From the human T2T-CHM13v2.0 reference genome, Homo sapiens, in NCBI RefSeq assembly GCF_009914755.1, contig NC_060939.1: DNA of 64,000 nt, one strand, 5' to 3'. The position numbers and the translations under genes were made by a program. The notes beneath the pieces were generated by a model, which worked only from the letters and a program-made list of their open reading frames with translations, did not search any database and had not been told where the DNA came from. Positions 16,331 through 30,071 of this stretch are shown here, piece by piece; position 1 is the first letter of the stretch; each line of letters opens with the position of its first letter.

Positions 16331-17165
16331 TCAGCTTGCTATGACAGCTTTTTGCTGTTTTTATATATTCTAAATTGTTTTCCTAAAGTCTTATACCAAG
16401 TGTCTAAATTACTAAAAACACTGAGCAAGTCAGTACAGCACAATCCACGCTAGCTACAAATGGCATTGTTTAGTGGTCATCAGGCATAGGGTGCAAATTC
16501 TTAGAGAACCTTTCTAAACATCATATTGATTTCTATTCTCTGCTCTCTTCTTCGGGCTTCTCAGAGCAGAATCATCTCACTTGTCCTTGAAGGGATGAAG
16601 AGAGTTTAAGATGGAAAGTTCAGCTCATGTGCTTTTATAATAAGATGTATGCGAGGTTCACTCATGCAACCCACTGTGCCATTGGGAAATGCAGGAATGG
16701 GCATGCAGGACTTTCATAGCTCAGATATGCTCAGGAGCAAGTCATGCAGCACAATTGACTAGTAGGAAACAAAAGGGAGAGGGGATGGTATCAGTAGAAT
16801 GAGAGACGGGGAAAATACCGACTCCAAGGGATGACTCTTCTAGGGAGCTAAGCTATTCAATAAAGCATGCATTGAGCCCAGATACAGTTTGGGACACTGT
16901 TGGTGAAGACCTTGGCCACTGGGTAGCATTGCTCTGTCAAACCACATACAAGGCCTGTGGGTAAAGGGAGAATCTAGCAAGGGATAGATAGATGTCGAGC
17001 TCTAGACAAACCAGGCACAGTTTAGAGTAAACCTCTAGTAACAAGAAGGAATTAAAATTTCTGGCATGGAAAAGTTTACATTCTAGTGAAATAGATAGAC
17101 ATAAAGCAAACATAAATAAATATAAGTAAACCAAAGAGTAGTCTAAATGTTATGAAGAAAAGACA

Positions 17166-17368
17166 TAGGTAGTTCCGTAGAACTTTCTGTAATAATGGAA
17201 ATGTTCTATATCTGTGCTTTCCAATCTGGTAGCTAATAGCTGCAAGAGGCTGTTGAGCACTTAAAATGTAGCTTAGTGTGACAGAATAATTTTTTATGTT
17301 ATTTAATTTTAGTAAATTTAAATTCAATAGCCACAGTTGGCTAGTGGTTACTGTATTGAACAGTGTAG
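17166..17368 (+). mobile_element. MER3 (hAT-Charlie)
   Basis: tagaactttctgtaataatggaaatgttctatatctgtgc...tagccacagttggctagtggttactgtattgaacag. Confidence 0.8.
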
Positions 17369-17532
17369 CTCTATAGCATCATAAATTTCTCTATTGCAGG
17401 ATTTAATGCACATTTATAGTTCCGTATTTATCTCTGTGATTCTTTGTTTAAGGCAAGCATCATTTACATTTTGTCTGTTGTTGATTCTCTAATGCATAGC
17501 ATAGCACCTTGCACATAAATAGTTGTTCTATT

Positions 17533-17751
<219 letters not shown>

Positions 17752-18029
17752 GTTAAGTGAATGATTAAAAGTGAAAAACTAGAAGACATAAGAAATATGC
17801 CAGTGCCTCAATATATAGAAACAAGAATAGTTCTACATCTCTCAAGACAGTGGAATAAGTTTGTTACTGGTTTTCCTACTCTTTTAAACAGTGGCTCAAA
17901 AACAAAACAGGGCTGGACGGTTTTGATGACTTGGAGGGGAGGCGTGGAAAAATGAGATCCTGGTAGTGATTGAGATATTTGGAGCTACACCTGGCGTGTT
18001 GGTTTGAAGTGGGGCCAAAGAGCCGGGTT

Positions 18030-18240
18030 TCCTACATGTATCCTAGGAAGGCCAGAGCTTTGGAGACAAAGTGGTACCTGGCTCTGAACGTCTAGAAATT
18101 CCTTATTCTCTGAGCCTCTTTTTTTTTCAAAAATGTAAAATATACCTACCTCATTAGGTTTTTCTGTGAGCTGTAAGATATTCATATTGCTTACCATACA
18201 TTAATAAGCACTGAATAGCTTTGAATGCTTAATAGCTCCT
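18030..18240 (+). mobile_element. MIR
   Basis: tctctgagcctc...tgtaaaat...tacctacctcattagg. Confidence 0.6.
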
Positions 18241-19509
18241 TGCTGCTATTACTTTTATTCACTTCTCACAGTGCTCACCCTGACATCCATATTTTCAAAA
18301 ATTCTTATGGAATATGGGATTCTAAAGGAATATGTGTCACTGACACATAGAATCCTTGCTGAGCTAGATGTACCTCTTCACACAGTCATATTCACATAGA
18401 GAATCTAGAAAGTTGCTTTGTTATTACTGAACGGAATCACAACCTATGTAGCAGGCTGGAAATACCCTTGCTCATGCATCTATTTTTTTTCTCATATCTT
18501 CGATTTCTATCTGAGGAAGTGTTTTCAGTCTTTAATGTAATATCCTCAGTAGTAAGAGGTTTCAAAAACACAACCAGGGCAATTCCTTAAGAAGTTTAAA
18601 TACTCTTCAATGAATATTCCAATATTTTAAAATAAGATATATTGCAGAAGACACAAAAATACTTCATGGTAATTTTCTTCGATAAGCAAATAGTGGAATC
18701 TTATCCAAATAAGCCAGGCTTTAGCTATAGATTCTTCACATTTCCAGTCCGGGTCAGTTCTGTAATTATATTTTTCACAGTGTATAAGATGATGTTCATG
18801 GATATTTCGATGAAGAGTGAGATATTCCTCATTACAATTATTCCCATGCGATGTTTATTTCATTCTTTATCAGGAGCTGTTTTGTCATCACCTTAAGCAA
18901 GAAAGTCATTGTTCACATTAGTGCCACGTTTTGACACATTAGTGCCACGTTTCTTTTAGCATTTCTCCTTCTTGAATGCCTGGACCTGTTTCTGAAGGCA
19001 AAGGCGGATGATTGTTTATCTGCCTGTGTATAAAAGGCAATTGCTTTCGGCACTTCATTTGTACTATTGTCAGATAGGATCATGTTACAGCCCTGCCTCC
19101 CTTGTTGGTCTGTATACTGGTAAACTGTGTGGCTGTTCCCTGCCTAACCAGCTTGCTGCTTTAAGGTGACCTGTCCTGAAATCCCAGACAAACACATTTC
19201 GTGATACAAGTTCTGCCCTCATTTCTATCTCAGAGCTATGTGTCTGGACCCTATGACTCTGCACCCTCTCATAGCTGAAGAGTGTTATCAAGAGTAAACA
19301 CTCAGGATTGATAATGGTCTTTCAAAGGTCTAAAAACACACCCACAGTCCAATGACCTATTGAAAGGAGGATGAGTGGTTTCTTTTGATATCGGGCTGCT
19401 GGACAGACTTTAGTGAGTGAAAGATTATGCTGCTTATTTACCTGGAAAAAATCGACGTCATAAGGATGCCCCCAGGCCAGTGGGGAAATGTCCACTCTGT
19501 GTACATTGT

Positions 19510-19760
19510 ATAGGGATTAAGACACAGCCTCCAAAGTCAAACCTACTTGTGACTGAATCCTGGCTGCACCACTTAATGTATGTGAAAGCATTGGCAAGTT
19601 GGTTAATCCCTGCCTGACTCAGTTTCACCATCTGTTAAATTGAAGTAAAAATAGTACTTAGCCCCTAGGGTTCTTAAAAGGATTCTATGAGTTATTACGT
19701 TGAAAGGGTTTGAATGAGTACTGACCCATAGTAAGTGTTCAATACATATTTCTGTTATTG
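19510..19760 (+). mobile_element. MIR
   Basis: gaatcctggctgcaccactt...ctcagtttcaccatctgttaaat...catagtaagtgttcaata. Confidence 0.75.
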
Positions 19761-19779
19761 GCTTAGCTTTCTATTTTCA

Positions 19780-20218
19780 CCATTATGGTACTTAACAATG
19801 AACGATCACTTCTCATGCGTTTGTGAGTTGGTCTGGTGGATTCTCCACTGGTCTTGTTAGAGCTCTCTCATCCTACGGGGGGCTCAGCTCTGTAGGATGG
19901 CAGGACAGGCTGCTATGGCTGGGTCTGTTTCCCCAAGTGCTTTTTTCTTCTGGATTTCTTTAGGGCATGTTTTGTCAGTGTCCAACAGGTTAGAACAGAA
20001 GCTGCATACCTCTTAAATTCAAGGTTTGGGAGTCACACAACATTCTTTAATTTTCATTTTCTGGATTAAAGTATATCCCAAAGTCAGTTCAGATTCCTGC
20101 GAGGGGAAAACATTCCCTCCTATTTTTTTATGGCAGAAGTGGTAAGATTACACTGCAAAAGAGATGTGCATACAGGGAAGGGTAGAATTATCACAACCAC
20201 CTTTATAGACAAACTACT
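19780..20218 (-). mobile_element. MLT1 (G/H-like) MaLR LTR
   Basis: gaagctgc...gagtcacacaacat...ccaaagtcagttcagattc...gtgcatacagggaagggtagaatt. Confidence 0.6.
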
Positions 20219-21319
20219 AAAACATCTGATAGCCCCAAGTCACAATTATCTATCTATGCCCGTGACTATGTAGGCAGTGAACAACTAAAGACCAACCAAT
20301 GGAGGGTGCAGTATCACCCTGTATAGTTCACACAGTCCAGCCTGCCTTTCTCTCATTTGTTCGTTATATCCTGGCCCTTGCTGTGGGTCTCTGCAGTTCT
20401 TCATGCAAAGTCAATAGCCTCAACAGCCAGAATCACAGCATCATGGTTTCTGAATGTGACCAATGACTAGGGTCACAGAGAAATGACTTGCCTCACCTAG
20501 TGTCAGATCTTATTATTAGCAGAGGTTAAGACCAGGTCTCCTCATTGCTCATGACAGCTTCTCTTCAATGTAACATAACTATCTGTTTTGCAAACTTTTA
20601 TCTGGCCTCTGCAGAAGATTTTTGCTAGTTCGGAAGTAGTAAGTTCAGAAAGGAATGAAGATAAATAAAATTAGAAAGTGGGACTGTGCCCAATAGTTTA
20701 CACATAGTAGATAGGTATAGTGGAGAGTTAATGAGTATTGGTTCAACTAAATGCACACCTAGATATTGAGATTCAAGAACCACTCCTACTGTTCTGCATT
20801 TTGCTTGTTGCTGCTGCAATGCCACCATTCAGATTTGCACTGCTTGGCCATTAAAGTGATAGGGAATTGTGTGTGGTTTTACAATGACACTGTGATTTAG
20901 CCATCTCAGTTTCAGTCAGGAGCAAGAGAACCATTTAAGATAATAATATTAGCATATACATAGAACTTTTGATCTTCAAATCTCTTTAAAGGCATTAGCA
21001 AATTAATTTTCCCAGAACTCTTAAGAAGCAGGTAATTATTTTTACAGTCGGAGAGAATAAATCTGACTATGTATTGACCTGCAGAGGCTACCCGATGAAG
21101 CAATGCCAGCTAGGGCTCAAGTCCACCCGCTTGTCTCCTCTTGCTCACCAACACATCCATCACAGGACTCTCAAGCATTCCCAGATCATTATGATGAGAT
21201 TAAATCTCACCAACATTTATTGGAAATATTTATTATGGACTCAGCAACTCTTTAGAGTTCCAATTGGGTGGAGAGGAGGGAGGATAAAGAAGATATCATT
21301 TCTGATTTTAAACACCATT

Positions 21320-22225
21320 AACCACCCAAAGCTACCAGGAATACATGGAGAAATGGCTGGGTCAGGAAAAGGACAGAATGAATGTGTAACATCTTGCTGT
21401 GCTGGAAAGCAATGAAGTGCTCAGAGGCTGATGCAGACATGTCAAAAGGAGGATGAACTAACTTGAAGGGACTCCAGCTGGTCAACGTTAGGGCAATACG
21501 TCTATAAAATAGAATAGAGATAGATCAATTATAACATATTGAATGAAAAAGAATAAAGGTGTCCATAGTGATACGCAAAGAAAACGGAGTGGAGAGTGAG
21601 CTCACTTTCATGAAGGATGATAGCTAATGAAGCTAAAGAAGAAATGATAAAATAAGATAGCAAGCATTTGTTAGAAATGGAACACTCATATAGTATCAAA
21701 ATATTGCCCCTTAGATTACTTATTAATTATCTATGGAAAAGATATTGTCTTAGTTTATTTGGCCTGCTAGAACAAAATACTGTAGATTGCATAGCTTATA
21801 AATAATAGCCACTTATTTCTCACAGTTCTAGAGGTGGGGGAAGTTCAAGATCAAGGCGCCAGCAGATTAAGTGTCTAGTAAGGTCTGCTTTCTGGTTTAT
21901 GCACGTGTTCCCACTGTGTTTTCACATGGTGGAAGGTGCAAACAAGCTCCCTCAGTCTTCTTTTGTAAGGGCACTCATTGCAGTCATAAGGGCTCTGTCT
22001 TCATGATCTAATTACCCCTCAAGGTCCCACATTGGGGCTTAGAATTTCAACAGATGAATTTGTGGGAAGTCAAAAACATTCAGACCATAGAAGGCGTGTT
22101 TACAACGGAGATATCTAGCAGACGCCACCTGAACCAAGTGACCAACCAAAATAATGAAACAACCTGACATCATAAGCTTCTGACTAGTTGCAGCAGGAAA
22201 GAATGCAACATCATCTATGTTGCTT
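21320..22225 (+). mobile_element. L1MC4/5-like 3' region interrupted by MLT1A
   Basis: aaatggctg...aacatcttgctgtgctggaaagcaa...catgtcaaaagga; resumes after 22091 with ccacctgaaccaagtga. Confidence 0.65.
21746..22091 (-). mobile_element. MLT1A-type MaLR solo LTR
   Basis: tgtcttagt...ttatttctcacagttctagagg...aagttcaagatcaagg...aacattcagaccatag. Confidence 0.85.
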
Positions 22226-22239
22226 ATTTTTACTGCCTC

Positions 22240-25200
22240 ATGAAAGTATGACTTACGTACCATAAAATCCACTCAATTTAAGTGTATAATTCAATGAGTT
22301 TTAGTAAATTTATATGGAGTTAAACAATCATCATCACAATCCAGTTTTTTAGAACCTTCCCTTATCCCCCAAATATTATCTACAGCCTGTTTATGGTCAA
22401 TCCCTGCTCCTATAAGCAGCCACAGGCAACCACTAATAGGTTTGTATCTCCATAAATTTGCATTTACTGAATATTTCATACAAATAGAACATACAATATA
22501 TGTTTTTAAGCCTAAACTTCAATAGGTATAATAATTGAGGTTTGTACATATTGTAATATGCATTAATATATTATTCTATTTTATTGAAGAATAGTATTCA
22601 TTGGATGTATACATCATATCTGTTTATCCATTCACCAGTTGATGGAAATTTGGATTGTTTCTAGTCTTTGAGTGTTGGAAATCATGTTGCTGTAAACATT
22701 TGTGTATAAGCTTTTGTATAAGCTATTCAAACTTTAAACATTTATTTTTGCATCAGTTTTGGTAATTTGTATCTTTGTAGGAACTTGTTTATTTCATCTG
22801 AGTTATCTAATTTGGTGTCATAAAGTTGTTCATAAAATTCTCTTATGAGAATTTTAATTCCTGTAAAGTTGATGATGATGTCTTCTTTTTCATTTCTGAT
22901 TTTGGTTAATTTGTGTCTCTTTTTTTCTTTCTTAATTGGTCTAGCTAAAATCTTGTGAATTTTGTTGATCTTTTCAAAGAAATTTTATTTTGTTGATTTT
23001 CTCTATTATTTTTGTTTTCTATTTCATTTATTTCTAATATAATATTTATTAATATTTAATTTGTTTTTAAGTTAGTTTACTGTTTTCTAGTTTCTTAAGG
23101 TGGAAGTTTAGTTTATTGATTTGAAAACTCTTTTTTTTCAGATATAGGTGCTTAAAGGTAAACATTTCCCTTCAAGCACTGGTTACCTAAATTCCATAAA
23201 TTTTAATATACTGGACTTTTACTTTGTGCCATTTCTTATATCTTTAAATTTCTTTTGTGATTTCTCCTTTAACCTATGCATTATTTAGAAGTTTGCTTGC
23301 TTTCCAAGTATTTGGCATTTTCCTTTGTTGTTAGTCTGGTTCTATAATGGATATTTAATTGTGATCAGATAAGACACTCTGTGTGATGACAGTCTTTTAA
23401 AATTTATTGAGATATCTTCTGACCTTTTTTCCTATCCTGAGGAATATTTCATGTGCACTTTAATAGGTGTTCTACAGTCATTTGGTAGAATATTTTGTAT
23501 ATGTTGGTTAGATAAAATTGATTGCTAGAATTGAGTTTTCCATACACCTACTGATTTTCTATCTAGCTCTTCTATTAATCTCTGAGATTAGCTGGTTTAA
23601 ATATTCAACTGTTATTGCTAAGTTGTCTAATTCTAATTCTTTTCTCAAGTCTGTAGTTTTTTTTCTTTATGTATTTTGGAGCTCTGAGGTAGGTATGCAT
23701 ATATTTACAATTTTAAAATCATTTTAATATAATGAGCCTTTTATCATTATAAAGTAACCCTCTTTGCCTCTAGTAATATTTCCTGTTTTTTTAAATTTGA
23801 TAATAATGTAGCCACTCTAGCACTTCTATGGTTACTGTTTACATGATTTATATTTTTAAATTATTTTCCTTCCAACCTGTATTTTAAAATCAAGCATATT
23901 TCTTTTTTAGACAGTGCATTGATGAATTTTTAAAACTTCATTCTGACATTCTGTGCTATTTAAGGGCAGAGTTTGGTACTTTCACATTTAATGTAATTAT
24001 TGACATGGTTGGATTTATATCAGCTATTTTGCTACTTGTTTTCTATTTATCCCATGTCTTTCTTGTTCCTCTGTTTCTGATTTACTGCCAGCCTTTATGT
24101 TAAATAAATATTTTCAGTGTGCCATTTTCATACTTGTCTTCATTTTCTTAGTAGATACTATAAAGATTATAGTGTGCATCTGAAATTAGCACAGTATCTT
24201 TCAAAATAATACTAACAAATTTCTGATCAACTATTAAAACTTTGCTCTACTATATATACTTTTTCCTATACTTGCTCTTGTGTTATCATCACATGTATTA
24301 TAGACAGACAGATAGATATAGATATATTACATATTTAACAATACAGTATTATAAACATACTTTATACAACCTTATGTCTTTTAAAGAAGTTAAGAAAAAA
24401 GAGAAAATACATTACATTAAGTCTTATATATTTACCTACATATTTACAAAATTCCTGTAGTAATTTAAAAACAAATTTGATAATGCAAGTGTCCAAATGA
24501 TGAATTATCTTAGCTTTTGTCTGGAGAGGTTTGTATTTCACCTTCATTAAGAAAAAAAAACAAAAACAAAAACTTTTTTTTTTGGTTTAGAATCCCTGAT
24601 TGACAAAGTTAGCTATTATATCTATTCTTATTCCCCTGTATTTTCTCTCGTTGCTTTTGAGATTTTTCTCTGTCTTTGGCTTTTAAGAATTTAACTGTGT
24701 TGTATCTAGGTGTGAATATTTTTGTGTTTTTTTTGGGAGGATTATCGGTGCTCCTTGCAGATTAATGATTTTCATCAAATTTGGACAGTTTTCAGCCATC
24801 ACTTCTTGAAATATTTTTCTTCTCCTTTTTTTATCCTTTGCTGTTAGAAATAACATTACACCTAAATTGTTATACTCAAAGCTATTCCACAGGTATTTAG
24901 GACTCCCTTTATTTTTCTTCATTTTTTTTTCTCTGTGTTCTTTAAACGTGGTATTTTCTATTGATCTTTTTTATAGTTTGGTGACTTCTGTCATATAAAA
25001 TTTCTTATAGAGCCTCTCTGCTTAGTTTTTTTTATTACGGTTATAATTTTTATCTAAATTCTGGTAAAATATGGAAACTCGTATCCACTCCATCTTTCTC
25101 CTTCACTTTTATTTGTGTTATTGTTTTCGCATGCAGTATTACATGTATATATTCATGTTATAAACCCAACAAGGCACTGCCATAATTATTGCTTTAGATA

Positions 25201-25800
25201 ACCTTACATTGTATCCTTATGTTGCTATATACAACCTGTATTTCCACTTGGTTCGTTTTTATAACTTCTGTTTCTTTATTGAGACAGCCGAGCCATTGAA
25301 TAATTATTAACATACTTTCCTTTAATTCTTTAAGTTCGGTTTCCTTTAATTCATTGAACACATTGAACCTGTCTGTTTTAAAGTCACTGTCTGACAAATC
25401 TAATACCGGTGACACTGAGAGACAACTTTTAGTGACAGGTTTTGTTCCTCTAAATATGATCACACTTTTTTGTCTCTTTGCACACCTTATAATTTTTATT
25501 TGAAGTCGAGACATTCTAGATAATATGTTGTGTCAGTTCTGGATTCTGAGTCCTTTTCTCTCTGAGGGTTGTTGTTTTCTTTTGTAACATGCATGAATTA
25601 AATCTGTGAATTCTGTCTCCCCTACCTGGTGTGGCCGCGAATGTCCCTGCTCTGCTTATTTTTAGAAATTATTCACTTATTTGTTCCTTTATTTATTATT
25701 TTTCAGCCTGAATCTTAGTGCTCTGGTAGTGTTCAGTCAACAATTGGCCAGAGATTATGCTCAAACACCTCCAGCTAAGAAGGCTCACTCTCTGTTGATG
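22240..25800 (-). mobile_element. Ancient L1M (L1ME/MD) with 3'UTR, ORF2 and ORF1 remnants
   Basis: ORF1-like peptides in ORFs 24683..24922 (IFQEVMAENCPNL) and 25194..25514; T-rich antisense L1 composition. Confidence 0.8.
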
Positions 25801-25929
25801 ATATCTGTATGAAAGTGCAGAAATTCAGAGGAGGAGGAAATTATGGTTTATTCTAGTAGAGAAGAAAGATATTATGGAAGGAGGAGGGCTTGATATTTGT
25901 CTCAAATTATTATAGAATTTATATATATA

Positions 25930-26211
25930 GGCAGGGTGCAGTGGCTCACGCCTGTAATCCCAGCACTTTGGGATGCCAAGACAGGTGGATCGCCTGAGGT
26001 CAGGTCAGGAGTTCGAGACCAGCCTGGCCAACATGGTGAAACCTCTCCTCTAGTAGAAAAAAAAAAAAAAAATAGCTGGGCATGGTGGTGGGCGCCTGTA
26101 ATCCCAGCTACTTGGGAGGCTGAGGCAGGAGAATCGCTTGAGCCTGGGAGGCAGGGGTTGCATGAGCTGAAATTGCACCATTGCACTCCAGCCTTGACAA
26201 CAAGAGTGAAA
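25930..26211 (+). mobile_element. AluSq-like, lacking a poly(A) tail
   Basis: Dimer ends at ...aacaagagtgaaa with no tail; internal gtcag duplication. Confidence 0.9.
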
Positions 26212-26912
26212 GAGTTCTGGATCAAAAATGAGATCAGTAATCATTTAGAGATGGTGGCACTGATAAGATTTAATACTGACAAGGGAAACGTTCATTAGTT
26301 CAAATTTTCATTAGCGTAAAGTTCGTTAGTCTGCAAATTGGACTGAAAAATGAGAAGAAGGGTTCATATGGCTCCCTCTTTTCCTTTCCTGCATTTTATC
26401 AGAAGAGTAGTGATCTCATGAGCCTATGAAGAATCCAGTGTTCTATTCAGAAATGGAGGAAAAAATAGCTTTAGGGTAAAAAGATATTTGTACATAGCAA
26501 AGAGAAATTTTAAAACTCACAACAGAAAGTTAATACCTGAAAATTCAGTATCTTGACTATCATTAAAATTTGGATTTTTCAAAGTAAATTTAGTTCTTAC
26601 CATGTTCCGTATGAATATAATCAATTAACTCAGCTTCCAGTGTGACCTGTCACTTCCTCATTATGTCCTGTTCTTATAGATTGGAACCTCACTCAGTCAT
26701 GGACTCATATTTCTGTTGTCATGTTCATGAAAACTTTCCCATGTCAAGTTAGAAAACCTCTCTCCAGGCCAAGCCAACAAAGACCACAAAAATCTTCCTT
26801 CTGCCAGAAGTTACTCTCTCAGTCTCCCACACATAGGTTTATGGATTGACTATAATGGGAAGCAAAAATAGTCTTATATTAGGTAACCATAACAATATAT
26901 CCAAGATAGTTC

Positions 26913-26991
26913 TTAAAAGAATTTTACTTGTATATATTTTATATATATATTAAAAGAATTTTACTTGTATATATTTTATATATATATTAAA
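26913..26991. repeat. Perfect 37-bp tandem duplication
   Basis: ttaaaagaattttacttgtatatattttatatatata x2 plus a partial third copy. Confidence 0.95.
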
Positions 26992-28655
26992 TTTTGCATA
27001 TGCTGTGTGTTTTATGCAAATATTCTAGTATATGCTTTCTACTCACCAAAGTAATTTACGCAATAAAAATAATGGCTCATTCATTGACATTAATAGCTCA
27101 TACCTACCACATATAACTTTTCTTTATCTATTTAATAAATACAATTCAGATACGGTTTAAGGCTGTGGCATCTACATAGGTGACTACTGTGAAAAGTGTG
27201 GTTTCTGAAGTAAAGACGGTAGGAGAGGTTATTAACAATAGGTATAATTTTATGCATTTTTCTTTCTGTGTGTGTGTCTATGGCCAATTCCTGATTTCTG
27301 CAGTAGAAATGAACAGAATTTAGAGATGGATTCATGACAGATCCTGGTTAGAACATGAATACACAATGTCTACCACTCAGAGGATTACATTTACAAGGTG
27401 GTCTCAGTTTCATTTTTGGTTCATTAGACATGTGAGCTTTACCTACAACACCAGGAGCCTCCACACGCAACAGCACATTTTACGATTTGTCTAAGCCAGC
27501 CCTCCCTGCCTGAAGTGTTGCTCCCTGCTTCTTTAGCTCCCCAGGTCTATTACCTCAGATCTGCATTTTAGGTTTAAATATCAATACTTTATCAGGCCTG
27601 TCTCTTTGATGGTGTGATCTGTTCAAATTTCCCTTCTGACTTGCTGACCTTTTCTTCTACCTTCTGCTTTGTAAGGACCTTTGAAGAATTGACCACGGTT
27701 ATAGGTAAGAGTTGGCCCCAGCCTTAACCCTATGGAACATCTGTCAGACTGGCCACCACTCTTCCCAGTTCTTTCAATCAAGACAGGGACATTCATAAAA
27801 CTATAGAGAATCAAGATGATTGAAATATAACAGTTGCTCTTTGGAGGATTTGTCTAGAATAGGTATTTTAATGCGCGAATGCACCAGCCCATGGCTCTTG
27901 AGATGATGATCCTTTAAAATAATTTATATTCTAAATTCCTTTTCGTCCATAGTTGATGAAAATAGCATTTATTATTCAAATTATTGAGATTTTCCACTGG
28001 AACTAGCCAGTTTCACTTAGACTTGTAAATTTAATAGAATATATCTGTCACATCTAGTCAATCCTGCATATTTGCCTTCCAGTAGAAACAATAACCAATT
28101 TGGCTGCCTTAGCTTTGCAAATCTAAAACCAACTGGTCACAGAATTTAAGATTCAGTAAGGCAAACCCAGTTAAGTTGCAAAGATTTTTAAAAAGTCAAT
28201 CGTAGTTCTTGAGGCACTATAAAACTCTTTTTATGTTCTTAATTTCTAAATTAATCTTTCTAATTATATTTGGGGAACTGTGTCTTTAAGCCAGTAAAAG
28301 TCACTTTAATTCTAGTATAACCTACTTTTCTGAAGTGAGCGGTGCCCCACATAAGCATCTGAGGATAGAAGTGAGACCTAGGTATGAGGAATGTTCTCTC
28401 AACTATGTCCAGAGCAAGAGCTGTTAATTCCTGTCATTAGCTGCTAGCTCTTAAGTTTGATATTCACTGCCTTGGAGAGATCTGGGAGAAGAAACCTGAG
28501 CAGCCCTTTCACTATGATAAATATTTTCCTTTTCAAATTATTCGAGAGAAACAGGGTGTTTTAAAAACTAATAAATTGCCTGGCCAAGAACAAGGTGAAA
28601 TGGGAGAAGAACAATAGTGAATTCTTATGGAATGTACACTCTGAGTCCAAAAATT

Positions 28656-28689
28656 TTTTAGATACCTATACATGTATAGGTATCTAAAA
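28656..28689. repeat. 34-bp perfect spacerless palindrome
   Basis: ttttagatacctataca|tgtataggtatctaaaa. Confidence 0.95.
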
Positions 28690-28709
28690 TATTTTTAGAG
28701 GACTCACGT

Positions 28710-29030
28710 AATCATACAGCACCCTGTGATATAAGTATGAATATTATCCCTGTTTTACAGCTTAGGAATGAATTCATGGGGAGGTAAAAATAATAACAAC
28801 ATTTATGGAGCGTTTACTGCATAGCAGGTACCCTGATAGTTACAGAATAGGGATTATCTGTAGGCCTCAGAGGAAACATAGTAGTATTACTTTAGTGTTT
28901 ATTTTATAGACCAGAAAACCTAGATATAGTAAGGTTAACTGTCCAAAGATCAGCCAGCAGTAGAGGCTGAAGCCTCTTGTGAACTAGCAGGTCACAGGGC
29001 AGATGTCATGCATGTAACCATTATGCTGTA
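28710..29030 (-). mobile_element. MIR fragments
   Basis: attatccctgttttacag; aataataacaacatttatggagcgtttact...ttttatagaccagaaaac. Confidence 0.65.
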
Positions 29031-30071
29031 CCCCATGGAAGACAGAGAATAGGACAGAATATTAATGAGAGTCTAAAGACAGGTCAAATTTAAAGTGAAA
29101 AAAATAAGCTGTATCTAGTGTATCATTTATGGGACACACAGAAAAGTAGTTTCTGGTTAAAATATACATGTTCATATATATAATTATGCATGCACATATT
29201 TTTCCTTATCAGCCTATTATTAGAAGTTTATTTCAATGCTTCTTTCCTCTCTATTTATGGAGGCCACATTTATATTAAATCTCAAGTAGTAAACACTTGG
29301 AATGTGATATTTGCCAACTGAGAATAAAGCTGGCAAAACCTGGGAAAGGGAAGAATGGATGTGTCTGCGTCTTCTGTATCCCCACCAAACATAAGCGTTT
29401 CTAGTCTGAAATACAAGCCTGCTATCCTATCTTTAGCCTGCTTGCTAGATGATCAAATCCCATCTAATTATTTAGCCTATCTTTTTCTCACCAAACCGTG
29501 TGGATTCAATTTTTCTCATATGAGTTTTCTGAAAGCAAAAGCAGAAATCCCAAAGGACTATTCTTGAAACAAAAGGAGATTTATTACTTTTCACTGAAAG
29601 GGGATTTGTTATAGTAGGAATTGTGTGCGTGTCAGCTGAAAAGACCACAGTTCCGTCTGTGGCCTGAAGATTATGTGGCCTCTACAAGCAACTCTCTCTC
29701 CTTTCATGGTTCTTCAGTTGTCATAGGTCTGGCATCTGACCTCCAGGGTCCCCGCAGGAAAGGACACCCAGAGGCCAGAGCTCTGATGATGAGGTGACAG
29801 ATACACCTATAGGCCCTGGCCCTGGCAACCCCAGCCAGTTCTCTCATAGTCCTACAGCTCTGCAACAGTCTTAACCTTGTTGCCATTTCTAAGTCCCAGG
29901 ATGCGGCAGTTTGCTCCTAGTCCTGTCACAATCACCTTTTGAAATAACAGAAAGAAAATTCACGCATTCCTCAAGTATGATAGTTCAAAAATCTGTTTTT
30001 TATTATTGATAGTTTGGAAAAATCTTAGCTTTATGTTATTTTTTTTAAATTTCACTTTTAAAAAGACGACT

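Noticed and set aside
15033-16453. Long ORFs (281, 241, 129 aa) and a repeat-spacer look reminiscent of a CRISPR array
   Set aside because: The ORFs are by-products of a nearly G-free simple repeat. The 'spacers' are themselves TCTA/TCCA repeats, the DNA is primate, and no cas genes are present.
22240-25800. L1 ORF1/ORF2-like peptides as functional genes
   Set aside because: Fragmented, frameshifted and heavily deleted fossil L1M.
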